A DNA stretch of 64,000 nt from Felis catus (Eukaryota): the NCBI RefSeq assembly GCF_018350175.1, contig NC_058368.1:186808001-186872000 (forward strand), given 5' to 3'. Of this stretch, positions 1-13,780 are shown one piece after another (the stretch's first letter is position 1; each line of letters begins with the position of its first letter). The position numbers and the translations under genes are program-made. A model generated the notes under the pieces. It worked only from the letters and a program-made list of their open reading frames with translations, did no database searches and was not told the origin of the DNA.

Positions 1-53
1 GCTCTGTCTCTCTCTTCCCAAAAATAAATAAACGTTGAAAAAAAAAAAAAAAA
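1..53 (+). mobile_element. 3' end of a felid CanSINE (SINEC_Fc), cut by the window edge
   Basis: (CT)n tract, then cccaaaaataaataaacgttg and poly(A); same tail as the SINE at 18396. Confidence 0.85.
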
Positions 54-173
54 GAAAAGCATTCTATGTAAATGTGAACATTCCATGTTCACCCACTGCC
101 CTTAACCCCTCTTTATTCTTCTCTATTGCACTTGTATTTGACCTAATATATAAATATATACATATAGGTGTGG

Positions 174-200
174 TGTGTGTGTGTGTGTGTGTGTGTGTGT
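174..200. repeat. (GT)n microsatellite
   Basis: Directly visible. Confidence 0.95.
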
Positions 201-646
201 TTAATTATGAATTACTTTCCTTTCCCACTAAAATACAAGTTTCAAAAAAAAATCCTGTTCTGTTTGGTTACTGCAGAATTCCCAACCGCTAAGTCAGTGC
301 TGAACATATAGCTATTGGCCAACAAATACTTGTTTAGTGAAAAAAGTTTGTTTGGTCTTATGTAAGCCTATGACTGAATTTATGGTTGAGTGTTTATTCT
401 GTCTTTTTGAAAAATCGTCCTCTTCTCTGAATAGAAGAGTTGAGTTCTGTTGGTCATTTTTAGTGTTTTTACCATTTCCATGCTGAGCACTCTTCTATTC
501 CTGATCATATAAATTAATTGCTCCTTTCTTATATTCCTTGACCTTACACTGTGATTTTTGGTCCTTGCCATAAATTACTTTGAATGTTATCAAGTAGAAT
601 CCTGTATATTTTAAAAATACACAATTTTATGAAGCTTAGATGTGAA

Positions 647-802
647 TAGGAAGGGGAGGAAGGGGAGGAAAAGGAGGAGGGGAAGGAAGAGAAAAGGAAG
701 AGAGAGGAAGAAAAGAAAAGAAAAGAAAAGAAAAGAAAAGAAAAGAAAAGAAAAGAAAAGAAAGGAAAAGAAAAGAGATGAGACAAGAAAAGGGAAGGGA
801 AA
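647..802. repeat. Polypurine tract containing a (GAAAA)n array
   Basis: About 10 perfect GAAAA units in G/A-only sequence. Confidence 0.95.
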
Positions 803-1199
803 ACATGTAATACTATTCAGTCATTTTGTCTAGAAGTATGAGAAAGACCATTAAATCTGTTTACTTGTCCTCATTCCTATACTAGCTAGAAGGAACTAGA
901 ATAAAATTAGTGCTCCTTCCACTTGTCTTCCCTAGACATGACTCTCTTTGGTGGTTTACCCAAAAAATGGAAAAAATCTGAAAGCTGAACCAAAACTGAG
1001 GCAAGACTGGTCTTGAATAGGACTCCTATATATGCCTATATATTGTTTGAAAATGAGAAACTTAAAGCTAAATTACAAAACACAAATTAATGTCACAAAT
1101 TAATTTCTTTCAATTCCCTAATCTAAAACCAACATAAGGGCCATAGTTACACATCAATGGGGTGAGTAGATTTTAGCAACAGCTACAACAAAAGAGAAT

Positions 1200-1310
1200 A
1201 CTGGATTTATAAACAGAGAAACCTGTTTGAGATGTGGCCTCCTTCAAATAGTAGGTGTGTGGCCTTGGGCAAGATTTCTGGCTGCTCTGAGCCTCAGTTC
1301 TCATAAACCT
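1200..1310 (+). mobile_element. MIR fragment
   Basis: gtgtggccttgggcaag...ctctgagcctcagtt resembles the MIR core. Confidence 0.6.
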
Positions 1311-1910
1311 CGAATTGCAAAAAAGAAACATGAAATAGCTACAGGAGAATCAGGTTATGTTATTGTAGTATTGTGATTTATAATAAATATATATTCTTCA
1401 TCTACTGCTTCTGGCTCAGAGCCCCTAAAACCCATAGAATTTTCTAGGTATTGAGATCCATAAAGATGTCTCTTGTTATGTTAATGATGTGACTTCTGGA
1501 CCTTTCCTAAAGATGCTGGCTGGTTGCCAGGTGAACAAACCACAGGACTAGAGGATAAGAAATTTTAGTCCCACCCCCTGGCCTCTGGAGAGGAAAGAGT
1601 GACTGGAGCTTGCATCAGTCATCAATGATAAATGATCATTGATTTAATCAATCATTTCTATGTAATGAAGCTGCTAGAAAAACCCAGAAGGAGAGGGTTC
1701 ATGAGAGCTTCCAAGCTGGTGAACATATGGCGATTCAGAGAAAGTGACGAACCTAGAGAGGGCCTGGAAGTTCTACACCCTTTCCCAACACCTTGACCTA
1801 AACATCTCTCCTCTGGCTATTTCTGAGTTACATCCTTTTATAATAAACTGACAATCTAGTAAGTAAAAATGTTTTTCTGAATTCTGCTTTAGCAAATTAA
1901 TCAAACCCAG

Positions 1911-2576
1911 TGTTGGCTCAAAACCCTTCTAGGAGCTTCCCAGGTAGAATCTGAAACCGGCCTCTGTGCTCAGAGGATAGGAAGAGATTGAAGAAAGGCA
2001 GGCTATTCTAGGTTCATAGATGGCAATTTTAATAAGCAAAGGGAGCTTACCTGTGAGGCTTGTCTTGGGTGGCAGCCAGATGAACGGACCCTTGCTTGTA
2101 CCAGATCTTTTTTTTTTTATTTTTTTTTCAACGTTTATTTATTTTTGGGACAGAGAGAGACAGAGCATGAACGGGGGAGGGGCAGAGAGAGAGGGAGACA
2201 CAGAATCAGAAACAGGCTCCAGGCTCTGAGCCATCAGCCCAGAGCCCGACGCGGGGCTCGAACTCACGGACCGCGAGATCGTGACCTGGCTGAAGTCGGA
2301 CGCTTAACCGACTGCGCCACCCAGGCGCCCCCCTTGTACCAGATCTTAAAAGTGTATACAGAGGCCCTAACTGAGCATAGTCACATATACCGTACAAGTT
2401 TTTCAATACCACATCACCATCTCAAGGCTTATGTCCTTGGAGCAGCCCTCTGGGAGTGGGAAGGGCAAGCCGAATCCACGTTGTAAGGACGGGGGAGCGG
2501 GTATGAGTCTCTTAGTGCACAGGTCCAGCTCAGGCGTCAATCTGCAGTCACATCTTTTTGGTCACTTTCTCCAACA
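1911..2576 (-). mobile_element. Solo LTR, probably carnivore ERV; ~430 bp after removing the nested SINE
   Basis: Termini TGTTGG...CCAACA (TG/CA with a 6-bp inverted repeat), flanks cccag/cccaa, minus-strand ATTAAA near 2030. Confidence 0.7.
2110..2331 (-). mobile_element. Young SINEC_Fc
   Basis: CpG-intact body, poly(T) tail, perfect 15-bp TSD cttgtaccagatctt (2095-2109 / 2333-2347). Confidence 0.97.
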
Positions 2577-4481
2577 CCCAAGAATGGGGTTATGGGAACC
2601 TCTGATCTATAACCTGTCAGAAGCACAAGTAACAACCTGGGCTTGAAATTGGCATCTGAAGTGGGGGATGGTGAGTGAGGAGAGTCAGTCCTAGGTAATA
2701 AGCCCTTAACCTGTGGGATCAGATGCTATCTTCAAGCAGTTGGTGTCAGAATTCAGTTAAATTATAGGACATCCATCTGGTATAGGATACCAGCTGCTAC
2801 CTGAGATACAGAAGATGTGTGTACCTTACAGATGTTTTTAAGTCAGCTTCATAAATAGTCCCATTATAAATTGTCTTTTTGACATATATGTCAGTGGTCT
2901 TCAGTCTTCTAAAAGGAGTCTCCCTTTGTATTAAAAAAAAGAAACTTATGCCCTCTACCATTGTTTGCAATTTCAAAATAGTTGAGAAATTATGATTATT
3001 CAGTAATGAGGAGAAAATTTACTGGATAGATTACCTGCCTGTCTTCCTTGTATTCATGCCACTGTGTTCTTATATCAGTTTTGATAAATTATGATTTTCT
3101 AAGAATTTCTCTCTTTCACCTAGATTTTGTCCTATATAATATCTCCTTTGATTTTTAAACATCTATAGAATCTATAGTGAGGTCTCCCTCCATTATTGAT
3201 GGTTATTGTGGTGTGTGTGTGCACGTATGCACATATCAATGGCTCTCACCTACAGGTTTATCAATTTTGCATTCTTTTCAAAGAATCAAGTTTGACTCTG
3301 TTGCTATTTATATGGTATGGTTTATTTTCCATTGAATTTCTGCTCATATCTCTACACTGTCCTTCTTACTATATATTTTGGATTTAATTTGGTGTTATCT
3401 TTTTAAATTCCTAATATGGATTCTTGGTTCATTAATTTTCACCTTTCTTTTGTCCTACATGAATTTAAACCTCAAATTTCCCTTTGTGTATTTCATAGGT
3501 ACATTGCACACATTTTGATAAATATTATTCTATTAAAAGCACTTTCTAATTTCTATTAACATTTAATATTAAACCCAGAAGTTATTTAGAAGCATATTTC
3601 TTGCATTCTAGATATATGTATATTTTCAACTCATGTTTTCTAGTCATCCAGAATAATTACATTGAATCCATTGCAATAATTTTAATCTTTTAATGTGTGA
3701 TGTGATTTATCATATTGCTCACTATAGAGTTAATTTTTGTAAATGCATTTGAAAAGACTGTATATTTTGTATACTGGCAGTATTTATATACAGATGTATA
3801 TATTTATAGATATGTGAGATATATTAGACCTATTTATTTATATGTCTATATAGATTATACGTAGAAAGAGTGAGAATCAAATGTCTTAATGTTCAGATTT
3901 TCTATATTTGTTACTCATTCTTTTATGATCGTTCTAACAAATACTGACCATTCATTTAGTAAATATTTATTAAGTCTTACCAAGTATTAACCACAGTGTT
4001 AAGCACTCTGGATGGATCATTGGATTCAATAACACAATAATTCTATGAAATTAAAGAAAGGAAACCAAAACTTTAAGAGGTTAAAGTAATTGCTCATAGC
4101 CCACTCTGGGGGGGTGGGCATGATGGGTGGGTCTTCCAAAACTAGTACTGGAATCCAACTCTAAATCACTCCACATTTCATTTATATGTTCATGACATTG
4201 TTCTAAATCTCTTTAGGTAACAGTCTTTATAATGCATATGACAAATATTATTTTATATATATTTCCCCTATTCATCTCTTCTGCAAAATCCTTTGTTTTA
4301 TTTTCTTCTTTCCCAGAAAAGACTCCTTGTTGATGTTGCAACTCTGTCCTGGAGATCTGAAGAACTAGTGACTGTGTTGTGATTCTCCCAGAAAAAAAAA
4401 ATATAATAATTTCCACTATTTATTGTGGAAAAAAATAGCATCTAATTGGGAAAGTGAGTTGAGAAGAAATCCCTATTTGTC

Positions 4482-4612
4482 TGGAAGGGAAGGAAGGGGA
4501 AGAGAAGGGAGGGAGAGAGAGGACACATAGGATAAAGGAAAAACAGAAGAGAGGGAGAGAGAGAAGGAAGGAAGGAAGGAAGGAAGGAAGGAAGGAAGGA
4601 AGGAAGGAAGGA
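4482..4612. repeat. Purine-rich tract with (GGAA)n
   Basis: About 11 GGAA units at 4566-4610. Confidence 0.95.
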
Positions 4613-4850
4613 TAGATATTAAAAATTATACTATTCTGTAATACTCTTAATTGTTCTCTAAGACCCAAATACCTGAGAAGTCTTACTCTCTGGTATGCTG
4701 GCGACTTCTTGACAGGGACTTTAATTTGTTCATTGCTATATCTTTAGCACTTAGTACAATTTAGGTCCTTTGTAAATATTTGGTGAATTAATTAATGGAA
4801 TACATCATAAAAATTACACCAACAAAAGAATTACTGACTTGTTTTTATAT

Positions 4851-5061
4851 TTAAAAATAAAATGTTAATGTTTATTTTTGAGAGAGAGAGAGACAGCACG
4901 GGTGGGGAAGGGGCAGAGAGGGAAAACACAGAATCTAAAGCAGACTCCAGGCTCTGAGCTGTCAGCATAGAGCCCAACACGGGGCTCAAATTAGACAAAC
5001 CATGAGATCATGACCTGAGCCAAAGTCATAAGCTTAACTGACTGAGCCACCCAGGTGTCCC
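4851..5061 (-). mobile_element. CanSINE, more diverged
   Basis: SINEC body; imperfect TSD ctgacttgttttt / ctgacttattttt. Confidence 0.93.
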
Positions 5062-6198
5062 TGACTTATTTTTATTTAAATCATATGAAGATAAAGGAAT
5101 AGATAAAACTTTGATCAATAAGATTGGTACAACCAGAAATTGAACATCTCTTTCTGTGTTTCAAACTTATTTTCAATCCATGTTTCAAAGTCTTAGTGAA
5201 TTAGCTGATATTAAGGTGTGATAACAAAACAACCTCACCCAAATCTGAAATTTTCAACTGGAACTTATCTTCAGAATTTCCTTCATAACTTGAAATCCAC
5301 AGATCACTGAAGTAGTGTAGGTATTATTAACTTTAAATGGTCTCCAGAGAAAACTGTCCTAATAGCCTTTTTTTTTTAATTGTTAATACCACTATAAGGA
5401 ATTACAGCCAGTCCCTTATTGAAAAATGTATGAGACAAGATAATAAAAACTGGTGATTTTGCCATAAATCATTTTAGCCAGATATGGAAGTAATAAACGT
5501 AGATCAACTAAAAGTCTAGCTTATTGACTAATGGCTCCATCGCAGTTATTTTCATGAGGACCAATCAGTCTATATTTTGCTGATTATATGCCATTACAGA
5601 AAACAGAATAATTTTGGCTTATGTTGTGTTCTTGCTTTATTTTTTTTAAATCACAAAAGTTTGAGACTGACTTAGAATATGAAAAACCCACTTTTGAAAT
5701 ATACATAAATACAAATCTTGTGCAGTGATGCTGTAATAATGTTTTCCATTATTTTAATGATATTTGTAATGCTCCAGTCATTCAAATAATAGCATATGAG
5801 AAATTAATAGGTATTTTGCAAAATTTGATATTAAAAGCTTTGTATTTAAATTTAAATTGGGAAAGAACTTCATATTGTCATGAAGACTGAAAATGGAGTT
5901 GCAGAACTACATTTAACAACTTTTCAAATCCTGGCCGGTTTTCACTTCTCATTTCAGTGAAAAAAAAAAGGGAAAATAATTTTACTGAATAAAAAACTTC
6001 TAACTTGTGGGGAGCTGCTCTATTGGACTCTGTAGGCAGTGTATAATAAGACATCACTAACACTTTGAGCATTTCTGTTCCCTTTAGTGTGAGTCCTAAC
6101 GCTGATTTAGAAGTTTTATGACTGAATCAAATGACAGAGTTAGAATCATTTAAAATTTGTGGTACCTGGAAGAATGAAATTGACATCAAAAAGATCAT

Positions 6199-7530
6199 AG
6201 CTTTATTGAGATATAATTGTTATACAATTCACTATACATATTTAAAGTGTACAATTTCATAAGTTTTAATATCTCTATGTACCCATGAAACCATCACCAC
6301 GGTCAGATAATGAACATATTCATAACCACAAAAGGTACGTCATGCTCCCTTGCAAACCTTTCTTCCTGCCCATCCCTGTACTCCTGCATTCCTCCCCCAG
6401 GCAATCTCCTTTCTGTCACTATCCATTAATTTGCATTTCTAAATATAATCATAGTATCATACAGTATATACTTTTTTCCCTGCCTTCTTTCATTTAGCAT
6501 AATCGGAATTCATTCATGTTGCATATATTAATAGTTCATTACCTTTTATTCCTGAAGAGAATTCATTATGTGGATATTCCACAATTTATCAGCTATTCAT
6601 AGATATTTAAATGTTTCCAGTTTGGGGCTATTACAAATAAAGTTGCTATGAACATCATTGTACAAGTCTGTATAGGCACCTATGCTTTGATTTCCGTTGG
6701 ATAAGCACCTTGGAGTTGAATGACTAGATCGTATGGTAGTAGGATGCTTAAGTTTTAGAGAAACTATAAACTGCTTTCCAAAGTGATTGTACCATTTTAT
6801 AATCCCAGCAACAATGTATGAGTTCCAAATCCTCCACATTCTTCTCAACATGTAGAATGGTCTGTATTTTTAATTTTAGCAATTCTGAAAAGTATGTAGT
6901 GCTTCCCCATTGTGCTCTTAATTTGCATTTCTCTAATGACCACTGATGTTGAGCATCTTTTCATGTATTCATTGACTCAAATTTTCTGCCTGGTTTAAAA
7001 AAAAATTTTATTGAGTTTTTGTCTATTGCAAATAAAAATACTGTGGGCATTCTTGTACAAATCTTTGCGTGGACATATATATTTTCTTTCTTCTCAGTAT
7101 CTTATCTGGGAGTGAAATGGTTGTATAATATGTATGGTAAGTGTCTGTTTAACACTTTAACACACTGCCAAACTCTCTTCCAAGGTGAGTACACCCTCCA
7201 TTACAATCCCAAGGGCAATGCATATGCATTTCAGCTTCTCTTCATTCTCACCTATAACTGATATAGCCAAGTCTTTTCTAATTTTTGTCATCTAATAGAC
7301 ATGGATATAGTTTTAATTTGCAATTTCCTAATGACTAATGATATTAACATCTTTTCATGTGCCTTTTTTTCATCAATATATCTTTAATGAAATGTCTGCT
7401 GAAGCCAGTATTTTTGAGTTGTTTGCTTTCTTATTGTTGAACTTTGAGAGTTCTATATCTATTCTAAAGGTAAATCCTTTATCAGACATATGTTAAGCAA
7501 ATATTTTTTCCAGTCTCTGGTGTTTTTCCC
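6199..7530 (-). mobile_element. Old L1 (L1MB/L1MC-like) 3' fragments, probably two pieces
   Basis: ctttattgagatataatt...aaagtgtacaatt 3' terminus; ORF 6597-6851 resembles the decayed ORF2p C-terminal region. Confidence 0.75.
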
Positions 7531-8271
7531 CCTTTGCCTTGCATACAATGTTTATAATATGTTAATATTTGTATAAAATATTGAAGTCCACACATTGATA
7601 TACTTTCATATATACACAGACTACCTCACCAATTATATGGATCCCTGGGTAGAGGTACTGCATGCCAGTATATTTATATCACCTCAAAAAAAACATATCC
7701 ATTCCTATTGATAGTTACTGCCCATTCTACCCTCTCCCAACCCTAGACCAGTAATCTATAAGCTACTAATTACTAATCTACTTTTTACTCCTGTACATTT
7801 GCTTATTCTGGACATTTCACAGAAATGGAATTTTATAATATGTAGCATTTTATGTCTGGCCTCTTTCACTTAATGTTCTCATCTTTAATGTGTGTTGTAG
7901 TATGTATCAGCATTTAATTCCTTTTTATGAATAAATAATAAACCATTGTGTTAATATACTACATTTGTTTATCCATTCACCAGTTGATGGACATTTTTTT
8001 TCCATTTTTAGGCTATTATGAATAATGCTTATATAAATATTTATATATAAGCTTTTGTGTAAACATATGTTCTCAGTTCTGTTGAGTATATACCTAAGAG
8101 TGGAATTGCTAGGTCATTATAGGTATAACTATGTTTGATATTATGAAAAAGTATCAAAATTTTTTTCACAGTGGCTTCATCATATCATATAACATAGAAC
8201 ACATGTCATATAAAACCACTACAGTGTATAAGGTTTCTCATTTCTCTATATCCTTACCAATGCTTGTTTTA

Positions 8272-8512
8272 TTCCTCCTTCCCTCCCTTCCTTCCTTCCT
8301 TCCTCCCTTCCTTCCTTCCTCCCTTCCTTCCTTCCTCCGTTCCTTCCTTCCTCCCTCCCTCCCTTCCCTCCCCTCCCCTCCCCTCCCCTCCCCTCCCCTC
8401 CCCTTACCTTACCTTACCTTCCTTTCCCTTCCCTCCCCTTCCTCCCTTTCCTTTCCTTTCCTTTCCTTTCCTTTCCTTTCCTTTCCTTTCCCTTCCTTTC
8501 CTTTCCTTTCCT
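8272..8512. repeat. Compound polypyrimidine repeat (CCTT)n/(CCCCT)n/(CTTTC)n
   Basis: Directly visible; explains ORFs 8131-8529 and 8264-8596. Confidence 0.95.
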
Positions 8513-9435
8513 CAATTCTCCTTTCTTAATAGCCAGCCTAGCAAGTATAATGTAGTATCTCATTGTGGTTTGGAATTATATTTCCATAAAGGTTAATGAC
8601 ATTGAACATCTTTTGATGTGCTTTTTGGACATTTGTATATGTTTTTAGAGTAATGTCTATTCAAAGTATTTGCCCATTTTAAAAAATTGGGTTTTTTGCT
8701 CTTTTATTGTTGAGTTGTAAGAATTATGGATATTTGACTCTTATCAGATACATGATTTGCAAGTTTTTTCCTCCCATTCCTTGGGTTGCTTTTTCATTTT
8801 CTTAATAGTACACTCTGAGCACAAAAGTTTTGAATCTTGATGAAGTCAAATTTATCTATTTTTTTCTTGATTGTTTCTTGATTTCTATTCCATTGATTTA
8901 TATGTCTAGTTTTATGGCAGTACCTCCACAGTGTTGAATACTATAGCTTTGTAGTATGTTTTGAAATTGGAAAGTGTGAATGTTCTACCTTCATTCCTCT
9001 TTTTCAGAGTTGTTTGCTATTGGGGGTCTCTTGAATTTCCATATAAATCTTAGGATCAGTTTGTCAATTTCTGCGAAACAGGCAGCTGATATTTTGAGAG
9101 CAATTGAGTTGAATGTATAAATTATTATGGGGAATACTGGCATTGTTACGATATTGTCTTCCAATCTATGAACATGGGATAGCTTTCCATTTGTGTAGCT
9201 TGTTTTTTAAATATCATTCAATGCCATTTTGTAGTTTTAAGTGTGCAACCCTACACATCTTCAGTTAAATTTACTCCTAAATATTTTATGCTTTTTGATG
9301 ATAATATAAATGGAATTATTGCATAATTTTATTTTCTGAATGCTTATTGCTAATGTATAGGTATACAATTGATTATTGCATATTTGTCGTGTATTCTGTA
9401 AACTTGATGAGCTTGTTTATTACCTCTAATTGTTT

Positions 9436-9440
9436 GTGTG

Positions 9441-9485
<45 letters not shown>
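9436..9485. repeat. (GT)n microsatellite
   Basis: Directly visible, one interruption. Confidence 0.95.
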
Positions 9486-9489
<4 letters not shown>

Positions 9490-10148
9490 TCCTTAGGATT
9501 TTATGTATATAAGACCATTTGCAAATGGAGATCACTATACTTCTTTCTTTCCAATCCGGATGCCTTCCATTTCTTTATTTTTCCTAATTATGCTGACCAG
9601 AATGTCGACTGCAATATTAAGTAGAAGATGCAAGAGTGGGCATCCTTGTCATGTCCCTTATTTACGGGTGGAAACTTTTAGTCTTGCACTTTTAAGCATG
9701 ATGCTGTCTGTGGGTCATTCCTTAAATGTTTCTGTCAGGTTGAGAAGTTCCATCCTATTCCTAGCTTGTTGAATGTTTTCATCAGGAAAGGAGTTTGGAT
9801 TTTTTCAAATGCTTATTCTGCTTCAAATGAAATGATCATGTGGTTTTTGTCCTTTATTCTATGAATAATCTATATTACATTGATTGATTTTGATATGTTG
9901 AACCAATCTTGAATTTCTTGGATAAATTTCACTTTGTTTTTGGTATACAATATTCTTTTGTGTGGGGGCTTTCTCTTCTCTATTATTGGTTGAGGATTTT
10001 TGAGTCTATATTTATAAAGGGTATTGGTCTATAGTTGTCTTATAATGTCTTGATATCAGAGTAGTATTGTCCTCATAAAATGAGGGTGAGTGTTTCCCCT
10101 TCATTTATTTTTATATTTATTATTATATTATATATTTATTCATATATA

Positions 10149-10189
<41 letters not shown>
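10149..10189. repeat. (TG)n(TA)n compound microsatellite
   Basis: Directly visible. Confidence 0.95.
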
Positions 10190-10744
10190 TCTTTTTGGAA
10201 GAGTTTGTGAAGGACAGGTGTTATTCATCTTTCAATATTTGGCAGAATTTACCATTGAAGCCATGTGCTCTTGGGCTTTTCCTTGCGGAAAAAAATTAAT
10301 TAGTAATTAAATCTCTTTTTTTAATTATAGATTGGTAGTTCATTTTTAGTATATTTTAGTAGTTTGTTTCTATCTAAGAATTTGTCATTTTCTCTGTTAC
10401 CTAATTTGTTGATATATAATCATTAGTATCCCTTATTATCCTTTTTATTTCACCTTCATTTTTAGAACATAGTTTCAATTCTCAGCTGACATTTTTTACT
10501 TCCAGTACTTTAAATATGTCTTTTTCCCTGTGTGATTGCATTGTTTCTGGTAAGAAGTATGCTATTATCTTCAACTTCGCTCCTGTGTACACAGATTTTG
10601 TCTATTACTGATTTGAACAGTTTGATTATAATGTGTCTCTGTAATTTTTGTGTGTGTGTTTCTTGTGTGAGATTTTTTTAATTTCTTAGATCTATCAGTT
10701 CATAGTTTCCATCAAATTTGGAATGTTTGCCGTCATCGTTTCTT

Positions 10745-11169
10745 TTGTTTTTTCTTTCCTCCAAATTTAAATTCTAGTTAACATAGTTAACTAGTTAGCA
10801 TATGGTGTAATATTGGTTTCAGGAGTAGAATCAGTGGTTTATCACTTACATATAACAAGTGCTCCTCACAAGTGCCCTCCTTAATACCCATCACCCACAT
10901 AACCCATTCCCTAAATCCCTCCATCAACCCTCAATTTGTTCTCTATTGTTAGGAGTCTCTTATAGTTTGTTTCTCTCTCACTCTTTTTCCCCCCTTCTCA
11001 TAAGTTCAACTGTTTTGTTTCTTAAATTCCACATGTGACTGAAATCATATGGTATTTGTCTTTCACTGACTGACTTATTTTGCTTAGCATGATACATTCT
11101 AGGTTCATCCACATCATTGCAAATGGCAAGATTTCATTCTTTTTGATTGCCAAGTAATATTACATTGTA

Positions 11170-11207
<38 letters not shown>

Positions 11208-12364
11208 TATACACACACACATACCACATCTTCTTTATCCATTCATCAGTAGATGGACACTTGGGCTCTTTCCGTAGTTAGACTATTGTTGATAATGCTG
11301 CTATAACTATTGGGGTGCATGTACCCCTTCAAATCTGTATTTTTGTGTCCTTTGAGTAAATACTGAGCAGTGCAATTGTTGGATTGTAGGGTAGTTCTAC
11401 TTTTAACTTTTTGAGGAAACTCCATACTGTTCTCCAGAGTGGCTGCACCAGTTTACATTCCCACCAATGGTGTAAGAGGGTTCCCCTTTCTTTGAGTCCT
11501 CACAAACATCTGTTGTTTCCTGTGTTGTTAATTTCAGCTATTCTGACAGGTGTGAGGTGATATCTCATCGTGGTTTACATTTGTATTTTCCTAATGATGA
11601 GTGACGTTGAACATTGTTTCATGTGTCTGTTAGCTATCTGGATGTCTTCTTTGGAAAAAATGTCTGTTCATGTCTTCTGCCCATTTCTTAACTGGATTAT
11701 TTGTTTTTTGGGGTGTTCAGTTTGATAAGTTCTTTATAGATTTGTGACACTAACTCTTTATCAGATATGTCATTTACAAATATCTTCTACCATTCCATAG
11801 GCTGACTTTTCATTTTGTTGATTGTTTCCTTTTCTATGCAGAACGTTTTATCTTGTCGAAGACACAGTATTTCATTTTTATTTTTGTTTCCCTTGTATCT
11901 GGCAATGTGTCTAATAGGAAGTTGTTGTGGCCAAGTTCGAAGAGGTTATTGCCTGTGTTCTCCTCTAAGATTTTGATGGTTTTCTTTCTCACATTTAAGC
12001 TTTTCATCTATCTTGAATTTATTTTTATGTGTGTCTGGTGTAAGAAAGTGGTCCAGTTTCATTTTTATGCATGTGGCTATGCAATATTCCCAACACCATT
12101 TCTTGAAGAAATTGTTCTTTTTTCCTGGATATTCTTTCCTGTTTTGTCAAATATTAGTTGACCAGATAGTTGTGGGCCCATTTCTGGGTTTTCTATTCTA
12201 GTCTATAAATAGACACAGAATGATCTATGCATCTGTTTTTGTGCCAGTACCATACTGTCTTGATGACTACAGGTTTGTAATATATAGTTTGAAGTCCAGA
12301 ACCATGATGTCTCCAGGTTTGTCCTTGTTTTTTTTAGGATTGCTTTGGCTATTCAGGGTCTTTT
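10745..12364 (-). mobile_element. 5'-truncated carnivore L1 (L1_Carn-like), ~1.6 kb
   Basis: Carnivore 3'UTR and antisense ORF2 end; TSD gtcatcgtttctt (10732-10744) / gtcattgtttctt (12365-12377); internal (TG)n near 11174-11206. Confidence 0.92.
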
Positions 12365-12737
12365 GTCATTGTTTCTTGATATATTTTTTCCTTTCCCCTT
12401 CTTCAGATACTCTAATTACATATATATTAGGCTTCTTGAAGTTGTCCCACTGCCTAATGATACTCTTTTTGTTTTTTCTGTTTTCTTTATTCTTACTCTG
12501 TTTCACTGTGGATAGGTTCCATTGATGCCTCTTCAAGTTCCCCTACCTGTATTGAAATATTTACCTGCATTAAATCAGTTCAAAGTATTTTTCATCTTAG
12601 TCATTTTTGTTTTCATTTCTAGAAGTCTACTTGATTGGTTTTTCCATCTTCTATGTCTCCACTTAACTTTTTGAAAGTATACGTTGTAATTACTGTTTTA
12701 AAGTTCTTGTCTGCTAATTCTGAAATCTTTCAGTCTA

Positions 12738-12934
12738 GGGCACCTGGGTGGCTCAATTAAGCATCTGACTTCAGCTCAGGTCATGATCTCACAGTTTGTG
12801 GGTTTGAGCCCCTCATGAGGCTCTCTGCTGTCAGCACAGAGCCTGCTTCAGATCCTCTGTCTCCTTCTCTCTCTGCCCCTTCCCAGCTCATCCCCCCTCA
12901 CCTCAAAAATAAATTAGACATTAAAAAAAACATA
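12738..12934 (+). mobile_element. CanSINE
   Basis: gggcacctgggtggctca head, A-rich tail, imperfect TSD aaatct(t/g)tcagt. Confidence 0.93.
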
Positions 12935-13780
12935 AAATCTGTCAGTTCTGTTACTACTTTCAGCCTGTGTGAATGCTAGGCACTTTAATCTTTTATCCTT
13001 TTGGATGGTTCTTCCTTTCATCAAGTAATTTTCTCATTCTCATGCTCTGATCAGTACTCTGCTGTACACTCTATGAAGAAACTCAGCAGAAACTCTGCGA
13101 TTATCTCTCTGCACAGTTTTCTCCTCTCCTGTATTCAGTCCTGTGAATTCTGTCTTGGTATCCTTGGACTTTCAGCTCTGTCCTTTCAACTCAGGGATAC
13201 TGTTGGGTTCTCCCTGTGTTTCCTCCCACTGTGCCATGATCTAGAAACTCTCTCAAGGAAATAAGCTGAGACAATCATGGGATTTATCTCACTTGTTTCT
13301 TGTTTCTAAGGATCACTGTTTCTTGTTGCCTGATATTCAGTGTCCTGAAAACTGTCATTTAATATATTTATTGGCTATTTTTAAATGTTTTAGGAGGAAG
13401 GGTAAATATGATATCTGTTATACCATACTGGCTGAAATCAGTTTACATCTGAAAATAACTCTTTTTGAACATTATTGCAAACATCCCATGGCCCCAGTAG
13501 CTCTATATTTCAGAAATCTGACATAAATCAAATATATTTTATCCCTTCAATTTTATTGCATTTTATTCACTCATGCATTCATCCACTCATTATTCTATAA
13601 ACATATGAGTGTCTTTGTGAGGCCTTCACACTAGTGGCAGAGAACCAAATACATCTTCTGCCCTCCTGAGGCTTATTTCCTAGTGAAGAATAAATATATT
13701 TCCAAGTTCTAATGTAAATAGTCTGAGAGAAAGAAAAAGGAATATGGTCCTATGAGCCTATTTTTAATAAATGAACCCAT

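Larger units (their letters stand above)
1364..2830. mobile_element. MER21-like ERV LTR, interrupted at 1911-2576 by a younger LTR
   Basis: Starts tgtagtattgtgatttataataaatatatatt. The MER21-like motif agcaaattaatcaaaccca|agaatggggttatgggaacc is split by the insert. End position approximate. Confidence 0.65.
7700..10460 (-). mobile_element. Old L1 (L1MB-like) 3'UTR/ORF2 fragments
   Basis: Antisense ORF2 motifs such as gagtgggcatccttgtcatgt and gttgaaccaatcttgaat; heavily decayed. Confidence 0.75.
10470..13440 (-). mobile_element. Old L1M 5'/ORF1-region fragment, host of an L1 and a SINE insertion
   Basis: catcaaatttggaatgtttgccgtcatcgtttct...ctaattacatatatattaggcttcttgaagttgtcccac reads continuously across the nested L1. 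Confidence 0.6.

Noticed and set aside
380..571. 63-aa minus-strand ORF with faint CR1/L3-like words (MVKTL, LFYSEKR)
   Set aside because: Similarity too weak to call by eye; at most an ancient LINE remnant.
544..833. Lys/Arg-rich and Phe/Ser-rich ORFs
   Set aside because: Translation of (GAAAA)n on both strands.
2145..2486. 113-aa ORF and similar SINE-overlapping ORFs
   Set aside because: Read-through of SINEC sequence.
8131..8596. Pro/Ser/Phe-rich ORFs
   Set aside because: Translation of a pyrimidine microsatellite.
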